A stretch of DNA of 64,000 bases from Pelagomonas calceolata (lineage: Eukaryota): positions 434,001-498,000 of the forward strand of contig CAKKNE010000004.1 in the NCBI GenBank assembly GCA_918797485.1, in the 5' to 3' direction. The notes beneath the pieces are model-generated. The model ran no database searches, was not told where the DNA came from, and saw only the letters and a list, made by a program, of their open reading frames with translations. The translations under genes and the position numbers were made by a program. Positions 32,730-42,700 of this stretch are shown one piece after another (within the stretch, counting starts at the first letter, position 1; the number at the start of each line of letters is the position of its first letter).

Positions 32730-33008
32730 CTTGGCCCAAGCCTGACCTCAGCACCCACACACGAAGGGCAGCCCGCCGTCGGCTCGGACGGGTGCTGAAT
32801 GTATGCCAGCAGGCCGCGCGCGCAGCGTTTCCCAAGGTGGGCCTGCCTACCGGCGACTGGATCCCGCGCGCGAGGCGACCCGCTCTTGCTAGTGTCTTAC
32901 ATGCGCTAGCTACAAGCTCGTACGTAAGCGCGGAAGCCCTCGAGCGAGCCGGCTATCGAAACAAACATACGGGTTTGACCGGTATACATATATGAGAGAA
33001 CAACTTAC

Positions 33009-33890
33009 TCACGCCCGCCGCGAAGCAGCATCGCGATACTCCGACACCATCGACCGCACGAGGTTGTTCGGCGTGAGGCCGAGGTGGGCGAGCGGGGCAC
33101 CGGTCAGCGGAGACGTCTTTTTGCCGCGCGAGAACCAGTCCTCGATACTACTCCGATCATACGTATTGCCGTCCGCGGCGATGACCGGGCACTCCATGAG
33201 CTCCATAGATATAGGACAGCACAGGCTTTCCGGGTGGTCGCCTCCGGACGTCGCCGCCGCGCCGCCGCTCGCCGATGCGGAGGCCGCGGCGACGATTCTG
33301 CGGGCGTCGTCGGCCGGAACGCCGACACCACATAGATCGTCGACCGTGAGTAGCGGCAACGCTTCCGCCTCTATTTGTTCCCGCGCAAGGATTTGGTAAA
33401 TGCGCAGCGCCACGACGCGCAGCGGCACGAGGATCGTGGCCGCCCTGATGGTCCACGGGCCTCCGCTCGCGGCGAACCACACGATCCGCTCGGTGTCCTT
33501 TTCGGAGAGGTCGTGCCATCGCGCGAGAACGGTGGAAAACTCTCCCAACTTGAAGGCCTTGCTGTCGAATATGAGCGACGTACCGTCTGGCAATGTGTCG
33601 ACCTGATCGCCGTCGAGCGGCATCTCCAGTATTGTCTTATTTGGGAAGAGAACCGTGACCGGCGTCGCGTCGCCTCTTTTCCGCCGATCCTCTTTAACTA
33701 TCTCTAGAACCGCCGCGGCGGCTGCACCGGTCGACCCCGAGGTTCGGAGCGTCTGGTAGCCTCGGGAATGGATGTACGGGGTATGTTCGCTTGCGAATGA
33801 GGCCCAGCGAGGGAACCAGTCCGCCTCCGCCTCGGCGCCCCCAGCGCGCGCCGCCAAAGCGGAAAACACCAATAGCCTCGCTAGGCGCAT
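33009..33890 (-). CDS. SAM-like/U-box protein paralogous to 28926-32729, with an unrelated signal-peptide N-terminus (possibly chimeric)
   Basis: LAREQIEAEALPLLTVDDL and LCCPISMELMECPVIAADGNTYDRSSIEDWF. Confidence 0.65.
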   Translation of the reverse strand: MRLARLLVFSALAARAGGAEAEADWFPRWASFASEHTPYIHSRGYQTLRTSGSTGAAAAAVLEIVKEDRRKRGDATPVTVLFPNKTILEMPLDGDQVDTLPDGTSLIFDSKAFKLGEFSTVLARWHDLSEKDTERIVWFAASGGPWTIRAATILVPLRVVALRIYQILAREQIEAEALPLLTVDDLCGVGVPADDARRIVAAASASASGGAAATSGGDHPESLCCPISMELMECPVIAADGNTYDRSSIEDWFSRGKKTSPLTGAPLAHLGLTPNNLVRSMVSEYRDAASRRA

Positions 33891-34091
33891 TTCTACGCGC
33901 GGCGACGGTTCTCCGCCAATCTATTGATGATTATCAATCGACATGCAATCCCCACGCCCCCACGCAAGCGCTATGTCGCGTATCTCGCGCCAGGCCCGGC
34001 CCGGCTCCGTCCTTCCTAGTGTCTCACACTACGCTAGGTCGTCGTGCTGAGCGTCGCGTTGCCGCTGCAAGCCGCACAGCTGCTCACAATC

Positions 34092-34760
34092 ATGGCCGAC
34101 GTCGAGCAGGGCTCCGCGACGACGCCGCGAAGTCCAAGAGAAGTCAGGCCGCCGACCCCGGAGCAAATACGCGCCGCACGCAACAAGCTCCCCGAGACGC
34201 CGGCCGCGCCGCCGCCGAAAGATCCGAGGAATTTGGACTACGACGAGCACTGCCACTGCTGTTTGAGGGTAGGCGCGACGTGGCTCATCTGCGGCAAGAA
34301 AAGGGGAAGGTGGCCACTCCAGTGGTTCGTCGGCCCGGATTGGTGCTGCATGTTGTGTACCTATACTTTAGTGTTAGTGCCAACAGTAGCATTTATCATC
34401 TTCATCGGCGAGCACCACTGGGCGGCGAGGTATGGTGCGGTGCTCACGGGTGGCGCTACCCTAGTGGCGTTCTCGTCGGCGGCGTGCAGCGACCCGGGCG
34501 TTATTTATAGAGAGGCGTCTCAAACAGGAAACGAGGGCGATGTCCACAGCTGCAGGAGGTGCGACGTCATAAGACCGCACGAAGCTAGGCACTGCTACGA
34601 GTGCCAAGTTTGCATCGACGACCTGGATCATCACTGTCCATGGACTGGGAAATGTATTGGCAAACGGACGCTCTTCGCCTTCCACGCGTTCCTCATCTGC
34701 CTCTCGGTGCACATTTTGTTCGTGGTCGTCGGGGCGATAGTGGTGTTTGCGGTCAAGTAA
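34092..34760 (+). CDS. DHHC palmitoyltransferase
   Basis: SDPG, CRRC..RP..ARHC..C..CI...DHHCPWTGKCIG and TM segments. Confidence 0.92.
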   Translation: MADVEQGSATTPRSPREVRPPTPEQIRAARNKLPETPAAPPPKDPRNLDYDEHCHCCLRVGATWLICGKKRGRWPLQWFVGPDWCCMLCTYTLVLVPTVAFIIFIGEHHWAARYGAVLTGGATLVAFSSAACSDPGVIYREASQTGNEGDVHSCRRCDVIRPHEARHCYECQVCIDDLDHHCPWTGKCIGKRTLFAFHAFLICLSVHILFVVVGAIVVFAVK

Positions 34761-34777
34761 GTTATGTTAGTCTAATA

Positions 34778-36389
34778 CTAGTCCGCGACCGCGGCCACGA
34801 CCATGCTGTGCTGGCCGCCGCCCGCGACCTGCGTAATGGTACACGGCACGCCGAACTCGAGGAGTTTCGGCGCGAACTCGTCCCGGGCCCTTCCCAATCC
34901 TAGTGCGTTCATATCTCCATAACCCCAGGCCTTGACACTACCCTCAGCGTCCAAAGCCAGGTTGTGGTGGTCGCCGCAGGCTATTGATTTGACATCTTTC
35001 AGTCCAGGCACGTCACCAGGCGTTTCCCTCAATGAACCGGCCTTCTCGGCTTCTGAGCGCCCAGCACCGAGCTGGCCGTAGTCCGCGCGGCCCCAGGCTT
35101 TCACCGTGCCGTCACCGAGCAAACACAAAGTATGATGCTCGCCGCCGCACAGTTCGGCGATGGCTCTATCTTCCAAACCTTTCACTAATACAGGTCTCGT
35201 TCTGTCTGTGGTCGAACCGTCTCCGAGCTGCCCGTAGTTGTTCAATCCACAAGAAAGTAACCCTAGTTCCGTCGCTGCCAACAAATGATAGGCACCACAC
35301 CCCAAAACCTTGACCTTTTCACCAAAGTCCACTTTTCGCGGCGTCAGGTGGTCGTTCCTTAGTGAATCCAAATCATATTCATCATTGACCTTGACGTCCC
35401 TCACACTTCTACCAAGCTGGCCGACTTCGCCGAGCCCCCACGTGAGGCAGTCGCCGTTGGCCGTGAGCGCAGCATTGAACGCGGCCCCGGTCGCGACATT
35501 TGTTATGTTTTTTAAGGAAGGTATCAGTAAGGGTGTGGTCTGCTTGCGCTTCGGCGCGAGGGTGCCTGCGCGGAGCATCGCGGTCTCTCGACTCTGCGAC
35601 CTCGTCTGATGGACACAAGTCGCGTCGACGGCGTGAAGGCGCCTCCACACGACGGGACGCCGCGATCATACCGGGCGCGTCGAACCACTGCTTCCCCTCC
35701 TTGTCCTTGTAGCAGCCCCAGCCGTAGACCTTACCTGATAAAGTTACCGCAAAAGTTTGGGACCCGCCGGCCGCGACGCACGTGACCTTCTCCGGTAGAG
35801 ATACGGCGCCCGGCATGTACAGTAAGGACTCGTCGCCCTCTCTCCCTAGGGAGCCCTCATCATTACAGCCCCACGTGAAACATACACCATCCAAAGTCAC
35901 CGCCACGTTATGTAACCCACCGCAAGATAACTGGGCCACGACCTTGTTCGTCAGAGCTTTCACGACCCTAGGCTTGGCCACAACTGTATCATTTTCATCT
36001 TCCAAGGTTGAGGAATGCGCGAGTTGCCCGCAGTCGCCGCTCCCGAAGGATAATACTTCAGTCCGCTTCGGCAGGAACCGCGCTTCGAGCTGTTCCGCGT
36101 ACCTGACGTAATCTCTCGCGGCATCGACGATCGCTTCTTTCGGTGAGGAAGTGAGGGCGGTCTCCGCGAACGTACTGAAGGACTTGTTCAGCGACGCGAT
36201 CCTGGTGGAGTAGGCCTCGCGCGCCAGCGGTCTCGAGTCTCGCGACGAGAAGGGGGACACGAGGCGCCGTTGGGCTAGCGTGGCCGCGTCGGCCCTCGGG
36301 AAGGCGCCGCCGCCTTGCGTAGGCTTGGCTTCCCGTCGCGCGTACTCGGCCTTGGAGATCTGGGCGTCCTCGTTGCGGCGCTTGCCCAT
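34778..36389 (-). CDS. RCC1: RCC1 (Ran GEF) with N-terminal NUP50-like region; exons 36389-35672, 35565-34778
   Basis: Seven RCC1-type blades (FGSGDCGQL, CGGLH, WGCNDEGSLGR, WGCYKDKEG, GLNNYGQLG, WGRADYGQLG, WGYGDMNALG, GGQH). A GT-AG intron restores the frame. Confidence 0.88.
35566..35671 (-). mobile_element. Repeated intron (same family as LHC intron 2)
   Basis: GTATGATCGCGGCGTCCCG ... GAGTCGAGAGACCGCGATGCTCCGCGCAG. Confidence 0.75.
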
Positions 36390-36856
36390 GGTCCTGTTTT
36401 CACGGCGCGATGGCGTCGCGGCGCGATTTGTAATTGGCTCAGCGAGAGGCTGGCCTCTGGCTTGGCTCAGGCCTCAGCGATTCTTGCTGGCTGCCGTCCC
36501 GGCTGCGAGAACAGTCTCGGCGATGCGCACGCGACGTCTAAGGCAAGCAGTGCGCAACAGGTGCTCTAAGCGCGCGCGGCGGCGGCTTGCTGCGCTAGTG
36601 CCTTACATGCCGCTAGCTAATACACGGCTGCTCGGCCGCCGCTGCTGGCTCGCAACGTGTGCGCGCTCTTGGCGCGTCAGCGCGACGCCAACGCTGCATT
36701 TCTTGCGCCCGCCAGCCTGAGAACGCCAACACCCCGCTCCAGAGCTTTGGCCGGCAGCAGCCACTGAGCCACCTCGCGCTACACGCGGACCGAAAGCGCG
36801 CGCGCGCCGAGGACATAGCATTACACGGCCGCGGACAGAAGCGCAGCACGCAAGCG

Positions 36857-37372
36857 ATGGACGCCATGCCTCAAGCACCGACGGACCCCGCCGCCGAGGC
36901 CCTACAATTAGCCTCAACGGAAATCCCCGAAGCCTTAGATGAATTAGGACGGAAGCACGATTATGTTAATGACGTCGTCCAGTGGTGCGAGAGTTCCTAC
37001 CAGTCTGGAGACAAGAACATGGTGCTCAGACAGACGAAAGAATATCTAGTGGATGCTTTGGAGGTCGTCGCCAAAGAGGTCGAGACGACGTCCGCGAAAC
37101 TCATCCGGTTTTTGAGTTTGCAGAACGACGCGGTCGAGGGCCTGGGGCTGGAATTAGATGCGGTGCGCGAGCGGCTGGCCCTCGCGAAGGCCCAGAATGC
37201 GGCCAAGAGAATGGAAGCGCTCTGTCCCGAAAGGAAGCGGGAGCCGTCGCGGCCTCGCTTGGAGGTGCTGGACGATGCCGCGCGAGCGGAACACATGTGC
37301 ACGGTGGGAAACTACGAAAGCTCATTACAGAAGCGGATGACTGCGTTCGACGCGGTGGGCAGTAAGTTGTGA
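36857..37372 (+). CDS. ABI: Abl-interactor (ABI)-like WAVE complex subunit
   Basis: EIPEAL..L......V..WCE..Y.......L..TK.Y...AL..VA..V........L.LQ fits the ABI N-terminal region. Confidence 0.7.
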   Translation: MDAMPQAPTDPAAEALQLASTEIPEALDELGRKHDYVNDVVQWCESSYQSGDKNMVLRQTKEYLVDALEVVAKEVETTSAKLIRFLSLQNDAVEGLGLELDAVRERLALAKAQNAAKRMEALCPERKREPSRPRLEVLDDAARAEHMCTVGNYESSLQKRMTAFDAVGSKL

Positions 37373-37449
37373 GGGACGCGTCGCGTCGACGGCGTGGCGT
37401 GGACCAGCACGCCTTCGCCGCGACCCGCTAACATTGTGAGTGAACTAAA

Positions 37450-37827
37450 CTAGTTATTCTGGCTGAACCGGTGGCCGCACTCGAGGCACTCATAAAACAC
37501 GGTCTGGCCCTCGTCCACACTCCTCATCTGCATCGTGTAGAATTCCAAGATGCCGTGGCCGCAATTGGGGCATTCTTGTTCCACGGTCGCGCGCGTCGAC
37601 TTTCGTTTTATCGTCTGTTCCGTCCTCCCGGACGCCCAGGCGGGGGCTGCCCTTGCTTTTGTCCGCGTTTCTAGAGGGTCGGAGGCGCTCGACTCATTCA
37701 ATAAACACGAGGCCCCGCAGTTCGAACACTGCAGGGGCTCCCGGGCCGGTATTTCCAGAAAGCTCCCGCAGTGGCCGCAGAACAAATTGCCGCCGATGGA
37801 GTCGACGACGAGCCGCTTGTCGGCCAT
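37450..37827 (-). CDS. RPA12: RNA polymerase I subunit RPA12
   Basis: FCGHCGS..C..C; TFIIS-like CPNCGH....FYTMQMRSVDEGQTVFYEC..C. Confidence 0.9.
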   Translation of the reverse strand: MADKRLVVDSIGGNLFCGHCGSFLEIPAREPLQCSNCGASCLLNESSASDPLETRTKARAAPAWASGRTEQTIKRKSTRATVEQECPNCGHGILEFYTMQMRSVDEGQTVFYECLECGHRFSQNN

Positions 37828-38580
37828 ACCCTGCGCGCGTCAGTCGTCTTTGTGGTTTTGAGTGTGGACGTTGTGTGTGACTGACTGAGAGCCCTCCGTC
37901 GTTCGATGTATGTGTGAGTGTGATCACGCGCGACAGCGTCAGGTACTATCTAGCAATTCGTGGGTGTCGTCAGCGGGCGCGCGCGACGTGTCGAGACGGG
38001 ACGCGGGAGTGGTGCGAGCTGCGGTGGAGTGCGTCAACCAAGTGTAGCTATGGGCTGCGTGTAAGCAGCGGCGCGCTTACGACGCCGCGGCGACGCTGTG
38101 CGTGTTGCAGGTCGGTGCAGGTCCGTGCGCGGCCGCAGCGATTGTGCAAGTGCAGTATCCGTTCGCAGCGATGCAGGGGCAGATCTACAGCAGGTCTACA
38201 GCAAACGCCGATTTATTATCGCCGCGAACTCACTCGGCAGGCAGTCAAGCGAGCTAGCGGTTTGTAAGACACTAGGCCGTAGGAGCGGGAGGGGTAGGGG
38301 AACCCTGCGACGTAACTAGCCTGAGCCTGAGCCTGTAGGTTGGAAGAGATCCATGGGACTCGTACCGGGGGCCAAAAAAAGTAATAATTGAGTCGCGGTG
38401 CCGTGGCGGGGCCCGGTATACCTCAGAGGATCGCCTCGGGTCGGGCCTCAAGCAAAGCACGTCGCTGCGCGACCTCCGCGACGAGTCCCGTTTACGTGCA
38501 GCAAGACTAGGCAAGAGAAAATCAAGGTGGTCGACAAATTAAGGATTAGAGAGATGATGAGGGACGAGTCGGCGCAGTTC

Positions 38581-39111
38581 TCATGCCGGTACGTACTTGC
38601 TCCGCCGGTACGTCCGCGCGACGTTCACGACGTGCGCCATGACAAAGACGCCGACGGCGAGGGGCCACCGTCGGACCACGAAGCCGTCCACGTAGACGTC
38701 GTAGGCCGCCGCCGTCAGTATCAAAGCGGCGAGCGCTTTTCGTCGTTTCCAGGGACCCGCTACTAAAATCAGTGTGACGAGCGGCCACGGGCGCCGCGCG
38801 ACGAGGGCGCGGAGCGTGATGAAGACGACGCAGGCCGCGTCGACCGCGTCCCGCTCTTGCGGACCGCCGACCGCGTCCGCGAGGTCGAACACAAGAACGA
38901 CGAAAGCGCAGGGCGCGAGACCAACAGCGGCGGCGAGGGCGCTGGCCGCGAGGGCCGCGAGGCCCGGCAGGAGGACTGAGGGCGTCACGGCGGCCCAGGG
39001 GTCCGGCGGCGGTTCCGGCCGCCGCTCCGCGGGCTTCGTCGGGGTGTAGAGGCGCGGGATGCGGCCGCCGCCGGGCGGGGCCGTGACGACGCGCGTGCCG
39101 CTGCTGCTCAT
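38581..39111 (-). CDS. Hypothetical membrane protein
   Basis: 176-aa ATG ORF with several hydrophobic segments. Confidence 0.5.
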   Translation of the reverse strand: MSSSGTRVVTAPPGGGRIPRLYTPTKPAERRPEPPPDPWAAVTPSVLLPGLAALAASALAAAVGLAPCAFVVLVFDLADAVGGPQERDAVDAACVVFITLRALVARRPWPLVTLILVAGPWKRRKALAALILTAAAYDVYVDGFVVRRWPLAVGVFVMAHVVNVARTYRRSKYVPA

Positions 39112-39740
39112 GGGCTCGGGCTCCTCTGCGCAGCGGTGTAGCGCAGGATGCGCGGCCGGGATCCGCTGTGGGAGGCCAGGATACGGCTGTGCAGCGCGCG
39201 CGCTGGCTTGTTTAGCGCGTCTGGCGGTCGGAGAAAATCAATGATACTGCTCGAACGAAAGGTTTGCGTCCCTCTGGCCTGCCACGGCGGTTCTTGTGTC
39301 GTTTTTGATGGAGATCTTGCTCTGGTTGACTTCCTAGTACCTTCTTACACTAGGACCGCGGAGCGTTGTTGATGTTTTTTGGGGGGGGGAATAAGAGACA
39401 GAGCTCTCATAGCCCGGCCGCGCCGCCGTCGCAATCGAACAAGGCGGGACGCGCGCCGCCGCGCCCCGACGCAGACGATTCGGCAGGCCTCCGGTGGGTC
39501 ATGCGTCTCCCGCTTCCGTAGACGCGGCCGGGACTCGACACCCCAACCTCGAGTACCCGTCGCAATCTTCCATCGAGCTAGCGCTTTGGACACACTAGGA
39601 CCTCTCCGCTCTGGCATCAAGCGCGTCAGCCATGTTGAACCATCCGAGCCCCGGGCCCGTGCGAGGCATCTAGAGAACCAGCGAGAGCTGCAGCGTGCGG
39701 GACCTGACGCGCGGCGAGCGCTGGACAGCCCTAGTTTCAT

Positions 39741-42700
39741 ATGGCCTCGCCCCAGCCCCGCAAGCGGGCGCGCATCACGCGCGCGGCGCGCCGCGCGGCG
39801 ACCTTTGAGCTGCTGGGCGACGGCACGGCAAGAATAGCCCTCCCCGTCGACGACGCGCGCAAGAGTGCGGTCCTCGCGACCGCGTCGGGCGAGTTTCGCT
39901 GCGGCGGCCAGAACCAGGCGTCGTTGGAGGCGATAAAAAGGTTCCTGGCGGCGTGCGATGACGGCGGTGAGGTGGCGTCGTCGCCGCTGTCCCGGGCCGA
40001 CGCGGACGTGGCCCTGCGGTGCTGCGAAGCGGGTGCTACGCTCGAGTTACCTTCACTCGTAAAGCTCGGCGTGGCGCGCCTGCGGTCTGTGAGAGGCGCG
40101 ACGTCGCCGCCGACGGGGCGACGACGCTTGGCGCGGAACATCCAGGAGAGCGACAACTCGCGGTTGATCGACACGCGCGCCTCGGCGTTTTACTGGAACT
40201 TCACACTTCGCGTCGATGGCGCCTTGATGATCGCATGAGAGTCCCCGCGTCGCGTGAGTGACCGGAGGCAGTTTCGCGACGGCATCCGTGCCACACACGA
40301 GCGCGCGGCGCGGCGCGGCGCGGCGCGTGCCGGCCGCCCGAGGCACCCGCAGCTCGGCCGCACCGCGCCGCGCCTCTGCAAGCCGCGCGCCATTTCCGTG
40401 GCGCCGCGAGTGTTCAGAGAGAGCTACGCGTGAATGGCGTCGTGGCGTTGGACAGACACGGAGACAGACGCGAGAGACACATAGAGACAAAGACACAAAA
40501 AAAACACACACACAGGGCGAACGCGCCGATCTTCGGCATCGACCGCGACGGGCGCGTCGACGTCTGGAACCAGTGCGCCGCGCGCCTGACGGGCTTCGGG
40601 GGCGAGGAGGTCGCGGGGAAGCGGCTGGTCGAGGAGTACATCACGGACGATTATAAAGCAAGGGTGCAGGAGGTCTTCACGAAAGCTTTAGCGGGCGAGG
40701 AGACGGCGAACTTCGAGTTCCCGCTCGTCACCAAGGGCGGCGTCGTGCTGCAGATTTTGTTGAACGCGACGACGCGCCGCGACGACCGCGGGCGCGTCGT
40801 CGGCGTCGTCGGCATCGGCCAGGACATCACGGCGCGCATGAACCAGGAGCAGGAGTACGCGCGCCTCATCGACGCGGCGAATGCGCCCATCTTCGGCATC
40901 GACGTCGAGGGCCGCGTGAACGTCTGGAACCAGTGCGCTATTCGGTTAACGGGCTTCGACGCCGGCGACGTCATGGGCCAGCACCTCGTCGACGACTTCA
41001 TCACGGAGGACTACAAGGAGCGGGTCCAGGACGTGTTCACGAAGGCGCTGAACGGCGAGGAGACGGCGAACTTTGAGTTTCCCCTGGTGACGAAACCGGG
41101 CACGCGCGTCGAGGTCCTGCTCAACGCCACGACGCGCCGCGACGAGAAGAATAGGGTCATCGGCGTCGTGGGCATCGGCCAGGACATTACCGCTCGTATA
41201 AATCAGGAGCAGGAGTACGCCCGTTTGATCGACGCGGCGAACGCGCCGATCTTCGGCATCGACGTCGAGGGCAGCGTGAACGTCTGGAACCAGTGCGCGA
41301 TCCGCCTGACGGGCTTCGACGCCGGCGACGTCATGGGCAAGCACCTCGTGAACGAGTTCATCACGGACGACTACAAGGACTCGGTGCAGGGCGTGTTCAC
41401 GAAGGCGCTGAACGGCGAGGAGACGGCGAATTTCGAGTTTCCTCTGGTGACGAATCGTGTGGAAACCAAAACTTCGGCGCCCCACGCCATTCGCTTCGTC
41501 TGCTCGATGGCGCGGAGGTGGACGACGCACTAGTAGGACTTCCCTGGCTCACTGGTCGAGTTCCACACAGGTGACCAAGGCCGGCACGCGCGTGCAAGTG
41601 CTGCTCAATGCCACTACTCGAAGGGACGAGAAGAACACGGTCATCGGCGTCGTCGGTATCGGCCAGGACATTACGGCCCGTATGGCGCAGGAGCAGGAGT
41701 ACGCGCGCCTCATCGATACCGCGAACGCGCCGATCTTCGGCATCGGCGTGCACGGCCGCGTCAACGTCTGGAACAAATCCGCCACGAACCTCACGGGCTT
41801 CACGAGCGAGGACGTGATGGGCCGACATTTGGTGAACGAATTCATTACGGAAGATTACAAGGAGCGCGTCCAGGAGGTCTTCAGAAACGCACTGAATGGC
41901 GTCGAGACGGCGAACTTTGAGTTTCCCCTGGTGACGAAAATGGGGACACGCGTCGAGGTGCTGCTGAACGCCACTACTCGCAGAGACGAGCAGAAACACG
42001 TCGTCGGCGTCGTGGGCATCGGCCAGGACATTACGGCCCGTATAGCGAAAGAGCAAGAGTACTCCCGTTTGATCGATACGGCGAACGCGCCCATTTTCGG
42101 CATTGACCTCAACGGCCTCGTGAACGTGTGGAACCGCAACGCGTCAAAGCTCACGGGCTTTGCGAGCGAGGAGGTGATGGGCCGGAACCTTGTGAACGAA
42201 TTCATTACGGAGGATTACAAGGAGCGCGTGCAGGACGTCTTTAACAAGGCCTTGAACAACGAAGAAACGGCGAACTTTGAGTTTCCTCTAGTAACAAAAG
42301 CGGGCGTCCGCGTCGAGGTGCTGCTGAACGCCACGACCAGAAGAGACGAGCAGAACCGCATCAGTGGTGTGGTCGGCATCGGCCAGGATATCACGGCACG
42401 CATGAACCAGGAGCAAGAGTACGCGCGCCTCATTGACGCGGCGAACGCGCCGATCTTCGGCATCGACGTCGAGGGCAGCGTGAACGTCTGGAACCAGTGC
42501 GCTATTCGGTTAACGGGCTTCGACGCCGGCGACGTCATGGGCAAGCATCTCGTGAACGAATTCATCACGGACGACTACAAGACCTCGGTGCAAGGCGTGT
42601 TTACGAAGGCGCTCGAGGGCCGCGAGACGGCGAATTTCGAGTTTCCTCTAGTAACAAAAGCGGGCACGCGCGTGCAAGTGCTGCTCAACGCCACGACGCG

